DNA from: Eledone cirrhosa
Taxonomy: Eukaryota
Length of the DNA stretch: 64,000 nucleotides
NCBI GenBank assembly: GCA_964016885.1
Contig: OZ024743.1
Coordinates: 124,806,001-124,870,000 of the forward strand
Reading direction: 5' to 3'
The notes beneath the pieces are model-generated. The model worked only from the letters and a program-made list of their open reading frames with translations. It searched no databases and was not told the origin of the DNA. Positions 41,200-53,993 of this stretch are shown piece after piece (within the stretch, counting starts at the first letter, position 1; the number at the start of each line of letters is the position of its first letter). A program made the position numbers and the translations under genes.

Positions 41200-41325
41200 A
41201 TTTAGGGTCAGTGTGAAACAACTTGTGAATGATGTGGGAGTTATTTTAGGGTCACTGTGAAATAGCTGTGAGATGTTGTAGTTATTTTAGGGCTAGTGAG
41301 AAATAGCTGTGTTATGTTGTGAATA
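41200..41325. repeat. ~40-bp tandem repeat, ~3 degenerate units
   Basis: GTTATTTTAGGGTCACTGTGAAATAGCTGTGAGATGTTGTA-like units. Confidence 0.7.
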
Positions 41326-41488
41326 ACAAGAGATGAATGTAGTAAACAGGTGATGGTTGTTGTAGTAATTCAGGTCCAGATGAGTTCCTGAATGAACAGA
41401 CCTATAATTGAAGTTGTTCCTGCCAAGACCATCCCATCTTTATTTCAGGTAGAATATCTCAGATTATGTTATCCAATGTGTACTTTAA

Positions 41489-41887
41489 CCCTTTAGCATT
41501 CACATTACTCTATATATACTATTATATTTTCATGGTAAAGGCTTTACCTCACATAATTATCTCACATAATATCGAATCTATGAGATTTTGAAAGTATTTA
41601 TTTTGAGAATAATACCTTAACATCAGTATGAGTGGCCAGTTTCAACAGAAAGAGGTAGAGAATTCTGGCCAGTTTGAACATTAAAGGGTTAACCTTTTAG
41701 CATTCACATTACTTTATATTTACTATTGTATTTTCATGGTAAACACCTTATCTCACATAATATCGAATCTATGAGATTTTGATATGATTTATTTTGAGAA
41801 CAATACCTTAACATAAGTATGAGCAGCTGGTTATGGCCAGTTTGAAGAGAATTCTGGCCAGATATGGTCAATTTAAATGCTAAAGGG
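41489..41887. mobile_element. Two tandem piggyBac-type MITEs sharing a TTAA
   Basis: TTAA|41489-41688|TTAA|41693-41887|TTAA with CCCTTTAGCATTCA terminal repeats. Confidence 0.82.
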
Positions 41888-43428
41888 TTAAAAAGAGTAG
41901 TAGAGTATGCAAGATATAAGGGAAATTTAGTTGTTATTTCTGGCTATGTAAAGGCTCATTTGGAGTGGGAGCGGAAAGCAGCCAGCAAATTCCAATGAAC
42001 AAAGCTTCATGGTAGAAAAGACATAAAGATAAACAAAACATTAATAGAAGCAGAGATTGAAGATTTTCAATAAAGAAGCTTTCAATTTAATATTAAATGG
42101 CTATTTATTGAATCTGGTTCACAATAACACTGATGAAAGAAGGTGTGTGGAACTACCTGACGCATGCAAAGTTGGTAATGAAATCAGGTTAAATGTTAAG
42201 TGTAGGCCCCCATTTCAAACTCCTCGTTAATGATTTTGGAAACCAGTGCTAAACACACATGATTTATGTATGGGTTACAGATGTTGATTTCATGATTGTA
42301 GAGTTATAGGTTGCACCCTCAAACCAGATGGTACATTGCGTCTTTGAGCATGGGACGTCATTTCTTGTTGCTTCAATCCACATAACTGAAATGAGTACTA
42401 AGAGCAGCTGGTAGCGAGCGGAAGGGTATCTTTGCAATGGACTGGTGGAATATTTGTACTCTCAGACACTAAAAACCACATCAAACTGGGATAAGCTCTG
42501 GCCTAATAAGCATCTAGGTTCAAGAAAGATTTTAACTTAATATGTACATGCACTGTACATGTTATAATTATGAGGAGAATAGGTTTACCAGCTGACCTGG
42601 GTATCAGAAATATTGATTTCTAAGTTAGGCACAAGGCCAGTAAATTTGAGGGAGGGCAAAGTTTACTAAATCAACCCCAGTGCAGGATTTTAACTCAGAA
42701 CAAATAACATAATGGCATTTTATCTGACTCCCCACCAATTATGCTAATCCACCATCCTGAGAGTACTGCAAATATTAAAATATTATATAGCAGGCAACAT
42801 TACAGTCTTAAAAAGAATAAACACTGTTAAACCCTACATAATTTACATACTCTACAATGTAGTTGTACAAATGTAAAAATCTGAACGTTTCAAGAGAGTT
42901 CATGGTATATGGTAATTAATTCTTCAAAATTAGAAGCAAGATTCATATCATTCAGTAGATAAGAGATATGTCTTCTCTGCAGGCAATAGTCTCAGATGAC
43001 GTGGTACCCTTCTCAACAACTAAGTAAACTGGGACATATACAATTACACAATGAAAGGCTTGCAATAGATTTTGTATTTGAATACAAGGTTTATAAACTT
43101 GTATTCCAATATCTTATCTACTCAACTATTTAAATTCTACCCACAAACAAAAAATCTTTCAGCTCACTTTCCCTGCTAAACTGGGAGGTTAGCCTTGTGA
43201 ACTTCATGAGTCTTCTCCATTCTAAATTATACTCATCATGTTTCACTTTTTTGAGGCAATGCTTTTCTTGACACCAACCTCTTACATGTAGGGATATGGA
43301 GAACCTATTCTAAAACTTGGATACATACAGTTCAACTTCATCATCACCGTTTAACATCCATTCTTCCACGCTACCATGGATTACTTATGAAAGAGGAGTC
43401 TATACTTTATTTGTATGGATATAGTGAA

Positions 43429-43806
43429 GGCGCATGGCTTGGTGGTTAGAGCATTGGGCTTGCAATCGAAAGGTTGTGAGTTCAATTCTCGGACCGGGTG
43501 ATGTGTTGTCTCCTTGAGCAAGACACTTTATTTCACATTGCTCCAGTTTACTCAGCCGTAGAAATGAGATGATAGGACTGGGGTCCCTATCATTCCACTG
43601 TAAAGTGGACGTGTAGGCACCACGTAAAAAAACACCCAGCACTCACTGTAAATGAGGTTGGTGTTAGGAAATCAAGCTAGAATCAGTTCCTGTATGAGCA
43701 AGACAAGGTCAGCCGACCGGACACTGCCCACAACAGGACAACCCGTCTAACCAATGCTAGCATGGAAGAACGGACGTAAAACGGTGATGATGATGATGAT
43801 GATGAT
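43429..43806 (+). mobile_element. Full-length tRNA-derived CORE-like SINE with RTE-A-like tail
   Basis: A-box TGGCTTGGTGG, B-box GAGTTCAATTC, tail CCCGTCTAACCAATGCTAGCATGGAAGAACGGACGTAAAACG(GAT)n. Confidence 0.9.
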
Positions 43807-44659
43807 AGGCATGACTGTGTTTCAAAGTTTGCTTAGCTGTTAGGAAAAATGTTTCCTACCATATTCTTAGGTCAATCAAATCCTTGTGAGAGAAATTTAA
43901 TACTATGAGGAAACCTACTGGAAGGACCATTCCTCTTCTTGAATGGCAGACTTAATCCATCACCCAGTTTAGCACTACAATCTGGCCTTTGTGCACTTTT
44001 AGTGGAGTTAGTTCTATAACATGCATTAGAGCCATATCTCTAGTCTGAGGACAACTACTTAACTTGTTCTAACTAGTCTTGGAGGCTCTGAAAAGGGTCA
44101 ATTATACTGACCTTCACTTCTGACTAAAACATTAAAAATAAAATGAATTTACCAGCAATCATAATGAAAAAGAAAAAGACCCATGATTAGGAGGAGCATT
44201 GAGAGGGTAACATTTATGATACAAGTGGGTATGACGAGTAAGTTGTGAGGAAATATTGGATGCATGCAATTATTTTCAAACCCACATTATAGGAAGTTGG
44301 ATTTGACTAGTAACTGTTATTCTTCACTAGAGACCTTGATAATATTGAATTCAACAATTTCAGTTCCACCATAGTTTTCTAAAGCTAAAGATTATATATT
44401 ATGTGTGTGTGTTTCTGTAAAGAGTGAATGGTAACATGAAAAAAACACCCAGTTCATCCAACAGGTGGTTGTGGTGGTACCACAAGAAAATGAATCCAGT
44501 ACATGCTGTGAAATGGTTGGCATTGGGAAAGGCATCCAACCATAGAAATCATGCCAAAATGGAATGGATGAGCAGGACACAGTCATATGACCTGTCTCAC
44601 CTCAAAACCTGTCTGACTAATGCAAGCATGGAAAATAAATATAAAACAGTGATGATGAC

Positions 44660-44837
44660 AATAATTGTTTCTACTTTTGGCACAAGGCCAGCAATTACCC
44701 AGTGCATTACTGGTACTTTATTTTATCGACCCCGTAAGGATGAAAGGCAAAGTCAACCTCGGCGGGATTTGAACTCAGATCGTAAAGGGACGTAACTATG
44801 CTGGAAAGCATGGCGTCCGACCCTCTACCGATACTGG
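44660..44837 (-). mobile_element. tRNA-derived Meta-like SINE
   Basis: Family match; GATGACAATAAT on both flanks (target duplication overlapping the tail). Confidence 0.88.
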
Positions 44838-45810
44838 ATGACAATAATAATGATTAGTCAGAAGGGGAAAGGCAGTGCCTAACATGTTTTCAAGGCCTCC
44901 AAGACTGATGATGTGGAGGATGAATGAATGTATCCTTAAACCTGAGACTTAGTCCACATGCTTACAATACAGTGGATTCTACAAAAGGTGCCTAAAAGTA
45001 GTGGTAGCGTTAAACCAGGTGACCGATTAAGTCTATAACTCAAGTTTAAGGTAGCAGATGTGAAGTGGTAGGAAAACTTTTGGTATTATAAGTGGGATAG
45101 GAGGAAAAGCAGGTTGAAATCATCATGTTGACCTTGACAATGAGATGCTGTTAATAGAACTGTATTGATTGAATAGGAGAGGAGAGGAAGACTGTCTGAA
45201 GTTAGTGGATAAGTATTTAGCAAAGAGCGTTTTGGCTTAAAAATGCATGGCTGCAGCTGAGAAAGTGGGAGAGAGTTTTTTTGGCAGTCAGTTTGGCAGT
45301 GCACTGACTGAAAGTGCATTTTGCATTCCCACTGTCTGCTTGAAGTAATGATGGGAAGCGACAGAAGATTGCCAGTTGGTGTATATTAATTGGTAGTTTC
45401 CATGCTTTGAAGGTCCTGCTTTTGTTTTTGATATGTATATTTTTATAAATATTTTTATGTTGTTGTTTGTGTTAATGTTGTTGTTTGTGTTGATGATTCT
45501 GTTGTATTTGTTATGATCACACAGTAACAACAACCAAAATAAAAAAACTTTCAGATCAACTTAACTAACATTAACCCTATTTCTAACACTTCTGACATTT
45601 ACATAGATTATTGTTCATAACGTTTATCTGAAAAATAGTTTAAATATGGTTATTTAGGAGTGAAAGCAGAAATTAACAGCCATCATTAGATATACATATA
45701 TACATATAACCTGGCTGACTGACTGCAAACAGTTCCAAATTCCTTGTTATGATTATAATATTTTTAAAACACAACTCTCGTAACTCTTCTATGCATTATT
45801 TCTTTGTTTT

Positions 45811-45996
45811 GTGGATTGGCAGTATCGGTGGAGGGTCGGACGCCATGCTTTCCAGCATAGTTACGTCCCTTTACGATCTGAGTTCAAATCCTGCCGAGGT
45901 TGACTTTGCCTTTCATCCTTACGGGGTCGATAAAATAAAGTACTAGTAATACACTGGGTAATTGCTGGCCTTGTGCCTAACGTAAAAACAATTATT
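45811..45996 (+). mobile_element. tRNA-derived Meta-like SINE
   Basis: Family match with A and B boxes. Confidence 0.88.
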
Positions 45997-46295
45997 TCTT
46001 TGTTTTTCTCTTTCTTCAGTTTTGTTTCTATTTCTTGCTGAGTATCTTCCTGACACTTAGGGCAGAGGAATTCACTGCATACATTGATAAGCAACAAAAA
46101 TAAACAGACCAGATCGTTCACGGTGCGCACTTGACACAGTTAAAAGTATATCATTTGCTTTATACATGTGCACATTATCTGTTTAAAATCCTATTTACAA
46201 CAGAATGTTAATCAATCATATAAGAGTGATCAATTATTATTTACAACTTACATAATCATGGAATATAATAAAAAAAGTTATGTAAAAAATGTTAT

Positions 46296-46448
46296 ATCAT
46301 CATCATCATTTAATGCCCATTTTTCCATGCTAGCATGTTCTAGACGAGTTGTTCCTTTGTGAGACAAGTCAGATCAGATGACTGTCCTGCTCATACAAAA
46401 CTGTTTCTGGCTTCGTTTCTATGGCTGGATGCCCTGCCTAATGCCAAC
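46296..46448 (-). mobile_element. RTE-tailed SINE/3'UTR fragment leading into the minisatellite
   Basis: (CAT)n-TTAATGCCCATTTTTCCATGCTAGCATG...CTATGGCTGGATGCCCT.CCTAATGCCAACC. Confidence 0.75.
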
Positions 46449-46975
46449 CACATTTACAGTGTAGACTGAGTGCTTTTTATCGTAGTACCTAAATGACCAC
46501 TTTACAGTGTGGGCCAGGCCCTTTTTTTCGTGTCACGAACACAACCACTTTACTGTTCAGACTGGGTGCTTTTTGTCATGTCACCAACATGACTACAATA
46601 CAGTTTGGACTGGGGGCTTTTTGTCGTGTCACCAACATGACTACAATACAGTTTGGACTGGGGGCTTTTTGTCGTGTCACCAACATGACTACAATACAGT
46701 TTGGACTGGGTGCTTTTTGTCGTGTCACCAACATGACTACAATACAGTTTGGACTGGGGGCTTTTTGTCGTGTCACCAACATGACTACAATACAGTTTGG
46801 ACTGGGGGCTTTTTGTCGTGTCACCAACATGACTACAATACAGTTTGGACTGGGTGCTTTTTGTCGTGTCACCAACATGACTACAATACAGTTTGGACTG
46901 GGTGCTTTTTGTCGTGTCACCAACATGAGCACATTACAGTTTGGACTGGCTGCTTTTTGTCATGACATCAACACG
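46449..46975. repeat. 48-bp minisatellite, ~11 units
   Basis: Unit GTTTGGACTGGGKGCTTTTTGTCGTGTCACCAACATGACTACAATACA; gives the 16-aa periodic ORFs. Confidence 0.95.
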
Positions 46976-46989
46976 GCCAAAGTATTGAT

Positions 46990-47637
46990 GATTATCATTC
47001 TCTCAGTGATAGTGCTCTTTTCTAGATGTGGGCCATACCAGTTAAAACAATTTTCTTGCAGTGATGGTAAGCAAGCAATCATTCTCAAATGTTCCTTTTT
47101 CGATCATTCCTATTGCTCCTACACTCACTGATATTGTAACCACCTTGAGATGCCACATTTTTTTCAATTTCAATGACCAAATCTTTATATTTTTTGAGCT
47201 TGTCAAATTCTTTTGCAGCAATATTGTGATCATATGGGATGCTCATATCAATAAATAAACAGACTGTGTTATTTTGGTCTTTTACATAATATTCAGTCTA
47301 TTAGCTTTGATGGTTCTGTATGTATGTACAGGAAAGTTACAAAGAACTATCGTGTTTTCTCCCTCAGTTACAGCCCCAGAGTGATGCTTACACCACTTGT
47401 CAGCAGTTTTGATTTTATAATACTGACATATTAACCAGTGTAGATATTGGTCAACTATCTGTCATGCCTTGGTTTATATTCTACCGGTACTAAAACTTTA
47501 CATCCAGAGATTAAGTGGTCTACTCTTTCAATCCCATCATTGCATGACGCCTTTAGCTCTGAAATATGTGGCCACTCATGGATGTGCTTCTGATCAACAT
47601 CAGCATGTTTACTAGAGGCCACATATTTTCCATGAGT
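46990..47637 (-). pseudogene. Dong/R4-clade non-LTR retrotransposon 3' fragment (zinc-knuckle remnant + restriction-like endonuclease)
   Basis: Remnant peptides ERVDHLISGCKVLVPVEYKPRHDR, QYLHWLICQYY, FPVHTYRTIKANRLNI, CLFIDMSIPYDHNIAAKEFDKLKKYKDLVIEIEK, MWHLKVVTISVSVGAIGMI; 5' junction at (TAA)n. Confidence 0.88.
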
Positions 47638-47669
47638 ATTATTATTATTCGCACATTTGGGAACACACC

Positions 47670-47910
47670 ATGCTGTTTTTGCTGAATCTAGCGATTCTGC
47701 CAATCCACCGCCTTTTATAATAATAGTAATTGTTTCTACTTTTGGCACAAGGCCAGCAATTATTCCAGTGCATTACTGGTGCTTTATTTTATCGAGACCA
47801 TAAGGATGAAAGGCAAAGTTAACATTGGCGGGATCTGAACTCAGAATGTAAAGGGACATAATTCTATGCTGCAAAGCATGGTGTCTGACGCTCTACCAAT
47901 ACTGCCAATG
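47670..47910 (-). mobile_element. Meta-like SINE(s), one inserted next to another head
   Basis: Family match 47725-47910 plus head fragment 47670-47713. Confidence 0.8.
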
Positions 47911-50056
47911 TAAACAGTTTTGTATTACAAATGTTTTCATAAAATACTAATTTTTATTTTATATTAGGTAAGAATTTGTTTTGTAAAGAATTTGGAAAAT
48001 AAGCAGAAACAATAAAGGGTTGAGAAGACCCTTTAGTTTTGCTGTGAACATATCAACCTCTTTAGTTCTGGTGACAAGACAAAATACACCTAGTACACTC
48101 TGTAATGCCAACAGAGACAATTCAGTGTCTAATCCTGGTGAGGAGATAACAACTGCTTTTGTGCAATTGTCACAACAAAATGTGCCCAGTACACTCAGTA
48201 AAGTGAATGGTTAGGAAGGGCATCCAGTCATAGAAACCATGCCAAAAATTGAGCACACAAGTCTTTTGACCTGTCTAGGAGGGTATTAACTCATAACAAA
48301 AACTGGCTCAGACTGTGACACCCCATCTAATACAGGCCTACAGGGAAAGCAGATATAAAATAATGATGATGATGATGATGACAATGATGATGATAATGAT
48401 ATAACAGGGGAAAATATGTTCAAATAACTTATTGCCATATTATTGTGATCTGTTTTTCTTCTGCACCCTAGAAGGAAAATCAGTTTACTATTCTGAAAAG
48501 AAAAATAACAACAATAACATTACTATAAAAGTGTCTCCTATGAGGCAGGAAGTCACATTAACATTTAAGGAGATATATTGCTTTTGGGACAAATTATGGG
48601 GACTGAAAAACTTGCAAGATGTTTTTAGAACCTCACATGAGAATACCTCAGGTTTTATGATGCAAAAGTTATGCCAACACTAACTTAATGTCTATAGTCT
48701 GAAGCTAACTTACTCTCTTCCTCCTACCAGTCACAAAGGTTCTAAATAGAGACATAGTACTTCCCTTCTTTTTCTGACTAAATGAAGTAATTACAAATAA
48801 AAAAATTTAATCCCAGTAGCAATAGTCGTTAAAGAAACAGTTGATCAAAGGAATATTTGATAAGGTTATAAGTTTCTTACAAACTAAATTATGTAATTAT
48901 AATAACATAGTTCAAACAAATTAACCAAATTGAAAACTTGTATTCACTTCACAGGATTGCTCAAGCTACAAACATATTTCCATATATAGTACAGGCATGA
49001 AACCTTTCAAATGTTATGGTAGACATAGCAGAGGTTATATTCTTACCATTCTCCAAAAAACTAACAATGTAAATGAAATAAAGCAGTAACAACTGACCAT
49101 GAATTTTCCATCACACTGCAACTGTCACATTCATAAAGATATGGTTTATAGGAATAGTATTAAAAGCTGAAACCCATCCTGAACAGTATAAAATTATATT
49201 CCAATTAAAGGTTTATTGTCTAGCCTGAATGGTTAAGCAGTTACAGTAGTGGACTACTGACCAAGAGATTAGCACTACATTCTTTTGGAGGTAATCTTAG
49301 GATTTTTGTGTAGAAGTCGTGCAACTTCATATGTACAAAGTAGTTGTTGCCGTCTCAATAGAGCCACACACACACACATAAATCTGACAGCCAAACAACA
49401 ACTCATCTCCAACTGATCCTTGAAGACCTTCACACGGATCCTCTCTTGATGGGGTTTTTTTAAACCCGAAAATATTTGGGATAATTAAATTTGTGAAGGT
49501 AAAATTCTATCACTATCTTAGCACCTTTAATTTTCAATGCATTGTATGGCTTTTAAACTTATTTAAATTTATATTTCCTATTCAACAATGCTTCAAGCAA
49601 ATTACATCACTCTAATATATATATCATCATCATCATTGTCCATTTTCCACAAGCTTGCATGGGTTAAAAAGGTTGTCACATGAGACAAGTTAGGTCAGGT
49701 AATGTCTTGCTCATATGGATTTGTATTTTTGCTTGGTTTCTATGGCTGGATGCCCTTCCTAACACCATGCAGCTAAAAATTCATTAGTCTTAACTAAAAA
49801 TGTACTTTTATACTTGGCAGATAGTATATGCTTAAACTGTAAATACAAGGATGGTAATTCCAATGGTGATGCCTACAAAAACTTGAATAATCAATTGTTC
49901 TAAGAGATGGTCTACTATTCTATGTATTTAATTAATGAAGGTGTTAATGTCCAGTGTGGTTATCTTGATCTTAACTTAAACACATCAAGAAGAAAAATTA
50001 AAAACAAATAAAAGAAAAGAATTAAAAATAATTAAAGCTATGTTATTGCATAAAGA

Positions 50057-50460
50057 TAGGCCAATACATTGGCAAAGTTGTTTAAACATCAGACAAATGC
50101 TTAGCAGTATTCTCTTTATGCTCTGAGTTCAAATCCTGCTAAAGTCAACTTTGCTTTCTATCCTTTCGAGATTGAAAGTACCAGTCAAGTACTGGGCTCA
50201 ATATAGACAATTTTTCCCTCCCACAAATTGTTGGCTTTGTGCCAAAATTGGAAATCATTATTGCATAAAGACTGTGAATTGGCAGTATCGGTAGAGCATC
50301 AGACACCATGCTTTACAGCATAGAGTTATGGCCCTTTACGTTCTGAGTTCAAATCCCGCCGAGGTTAATTTTGCCTTTCATCCTTAGGGAGTCGATAAAA
50401 TAAAGTACCAGTAATGCACTGGGATGATTGCTGGCCTTGTGCCAAAAGTAGAAACAATTA
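50057..50460 (+). mobile_element. Two successive Meta-like SINEs
   Basis: Two A/B-box heads; TTATTGCATAAAGA occurs before, between and after them. Confidence 0.85.
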
Positions 50461-51142
50461 TTGCATAAAGACTGGAATGGAATGAAAATGATATATTTGA
50501 TGTATGATAGAACTAAGTGTAGGATGAATATAAGCTATAAGAGTCGCATTTTGAATCTCCAAGAAAATTCTGACTTAAAACAAAAAACTCTTGAAATCTG
50601 TCTCATCCTCTCATTCACATTTCACAATGCATGTGTTAACATGTATATGTGTGACAGACAGGGAAGTTATATACATAATTAGTTAGATAATTAGATAGAG
50701 ACAGTGAAATAAATTTGAACTCATTAACAACAGGATTAACAGCTAATAGAGCTAGATATATTTATTATATATACATACATGTGTGTATGTATGTAAATAT
50801 GTATATATAAATATGTGTGTGTGTGTGTACATCCATAAAGAGAGAGAGAGTAATTAAATATAATTATATAGTCATTATAAATACAGTCAAAGGTCATGAT
50901 AAAAGCATTATCAGTTCACAAAACACAAAAACCTAGTTTTTACTATAAGGTAAGCTTTTAGAAATATGTCTCAGTAGTAAAATAGATAAACCCATAACAC
51001 CATGTACCACATGAAACTGCAGTAGCAAGACATTCTTGTAAAGTACAAAACAGCACTTTGACTGCATCAAAACTAAAGTTTTTACTTTAGTTTATTGCAG
51101 AGTTTCACAATCATCTGTTCATTAGTAAAGATACAAAACACA

Positions 51143-51514
51143 TTTTTGCATTACTCTATATTTACTATTGCATTTTCGCAGTAAAGGCTTTACCTCACAT
51201 AATTATCTCACATAATATTGAATCTATGAGATTTTGATATTATTTATTTTGAGAAGAATACATTAACATCAGTATGAGTGGCCAGCTACAACTGTTTTGA
51301 ACAGAAAGAGGTGAGAGAATTCATCATCATCATTGTTTAACATCTATCATCCAGACTAGCATGGGTTAGACAGGAATTGTCCGACTTGAGACAAGATTGA
51401 TCAGGTGACCGTGTCTTGCTCGTATAGGACTGTATCTGGGAGGTTTCCTATGACTGGATACACTTCCTAACACCAAAATTCTGGCCAAATATGGTCAGTT
51501 TAAATGCTAAAGGG
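51143..51514. mobile_element. piggyBac-type MITE interrupted by an RTE-tail fragment (51322-51476, minus)
   Basis: Body matches the 41489 family; right end TAAAGGG|TTAA; AATTC on both sides of the insert. Confidence 0.75.
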
Positions 51515-52074
51515 TTAAACTCATTTGTAGATAATTTCTGCTAAATTCTTTGAGGCCGTTAACAGTTAGAACGAAAACATTCATTGAAAAATATACTTAT
51601 GGAGAATCTGCTCCAAATATTGGATGGAAACGAGGTGGCTGAGAGAATGTTCTTGTGTGTATGTAACACATGTTTCTGTGTGGTGCGTATTGTTGCTGCT
51701 GTTGATGACATGACTGCCTAGTTTTGAGTTTCAGTTTCTTCTAAATGATGAACCTTATGTAGTAATTTGGAGCCAAGATCAATATCCAGTGTGGTGCCAA
51801 CCACATGAGCAGCAAACAATACACCTCATGAACATGTAACTTATGACATGTGAGTCTAGCAGTCAAGCTTTAAGATTCAAATTCCTGTATGAAAGCCACA
51901 GAATAATGGAAAAGTCAGAAAAACTGCATATCATCATCATTTCTGTTTAGCATCAATTCTTCCATGGGTTAGATGAGTTGTCCATGCTGGGAGACAAGTC
52001 TGGCCACAGTTGGCCATGTCACAGCTTGCTCTGGTGAATTTCATAAAATCATTTGCCTACAATAAAAGTGTCAA

Positions 52075-52400
52075 TCTATATTATAATAAAATCACTATCT
52101 GTCAGTCAGTCTGTCTGTCCGTCCGTCCATCCATCCATCCATCCATCTATCCCTCCATCCATCACACCCACTTTATATAGAGAGGGGGAGCACCAAGCGA
52201 GAGATATGTACATAGAGAAAAGAGAACACCTTGTGTTTTCGAGGTGACAGAAAGTTATGACGTCACCCCCATCTATATATATATATATATATAGAGGGGG
52301 AGCACCAAGTGTAAGAGATGTACATAGATAGAGAAAAAGAATGTCATTTGTTTAGAGAGTGAGAGTGTGTGTGACAGAAAGAGGGAGAAGATGCCTATAT
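52075..52400 (+). mobile_element. Possible non-autonomous Helitron 5' portion
   Basis: A|TCTATATTATAATAAAA followed by (GTCA)(GTCT)(GTCC) microsatellite, typical of Helitron/DINE-like 5' ends; 3' end not found. Confidence 0.45.
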
Positions 52401-52663
52401 CTAATAAAAATAAAACTACGACACACCTGATGACAAGACCATGAGGGTCAGGAAACATTGACAAAACTAGAGGCTTAGAAAGTCATTTGTTAGGGACTTT
52501 TTAGCAAAAATGAGGTTCTAATAAAGAAATTGAAACTCAAAAGCAGGCATCTCTTCAATAACACATGTATAAAAAAAGTTGTTCCCTATATATACAAACA
52601 CAAACACACACACACACGCACACATCATCATCATTTCTATATTAAATTTTGTTATATATACAT

Positions 52664-52716
<53 letters not shown>

Positions 52717-52719
52717 CAT

Positions 52720-52750
<31 letters not shown>

Positions 52751-52845
52751 CATACATATACACACATATACATATGTACATATATATAGCATGGGTCTAA
52801 CTCATGTTAGCATGGAAGATAGACATTAAACGAAGATGATGATGA

Positions 52846-52884
<39 letters not shown>

Positions 52885-53073
52885 TATATACATATACACA
52901 CATATACATATATATATATACATATATATATACATATACACATATATATACATATATATATACACATATATATACAAATATATATATATATATATATATA
53001 CAAATATATATACATATACATGTATACAAATATATATATATATACATATACATGTATACAAATATATATGTAT

Positions 53074-53104
<31 letters not shown>

Positions 53105-53993
53105 CATCAAAGAACCACCAACCTCCTCTTGCCTACATGTGTATTTGTGTGTATGTGTATCAGTTGCTCTACTTGAGTACTGATTTGATCTGTGAAGACT
53201 CAGCCAACCCTTGCTAGCAGGAAAAACAGATGTTGAATGATGATGATGATATAATGTGTGTGTGGTACATACACTACAGTGAAATAAATTATTAAATATG
53301 GTAATGTAGAGAAAACTATATTGGACTGATTGAAAAAAAAAACTTTTATATTTTCACCAGAAGCAAAAATATGGCAAAAAGGATAGGAATAAAACAATGA
53401 AAATGGTTTAACCTATCTTTCAAACCTAGATGCTCATCAGGCCAGATATTATCCCATTTCATGTGGCTAATGCCTAAGGTTACAAGATGTTGTAAGCTAC
53501 CCTTACCTCCCCCATGGCTGCTGCTGGTACCAGTTTTTATTTGTGCAGACTGAAACAAGATGAAATGAATTGCTTTGCCCATGGACATAATGTGCCACAC
53601 AGTCCAGGGATCAAACCCACAACATTACAATCATGAGACCAACACTTTAACCACCAATGCCTTTACACTGAAAGTAGCATCTGACAATATCTCTCTCTTT
53701 TAAAGAAAACTAGCATACTAATCCACAAGCAGATAGGTTGTTATCTGAAGTTATTTATATTTGTATTATAGGTATTTATATTATACTAGCAGCTGAGCCC
53801 GGTTGCACCCGGGGCCACTTTTTATTAAGTTAATAATTTGAAAAATATTATTGAAAGTTTATTATAAAGAAGCAGTATCAGGAAAAAAAATAGAAATATG
53901 CACTTGGGGCTGGACGGCGTACAATGAGAAGTGGAGCGACGTGAAAAGCGTTGAGAGACGTTGAGTGGCGACGGAAGAGGAATGGCGGAAGCT

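Noticed and set aside
43429-43500. tRNA gene
   Set aside because: A/B boxes belong to a SINE head; no complete acceptor stem, and it continues into SINE body.
45086-46140. Cys-rich peptide scraps (FLCPKCQ, HCQTDCQ) suggesting a LINE ORF1 relic
   Set aside because: Too degraded to support by eye.
46449-46975. CRISPR-like array or repeat protein
   Set aside because: Units are contiguous with no unique spacers, there are no cas genes, the context is eukaryotic, and the unit derives from a retroelement motif.
52427-52462. Hammerhead-like CTGATGA...GAAA
   Set aside because: No stem I and no UH cleavage site; stem II is irregular.
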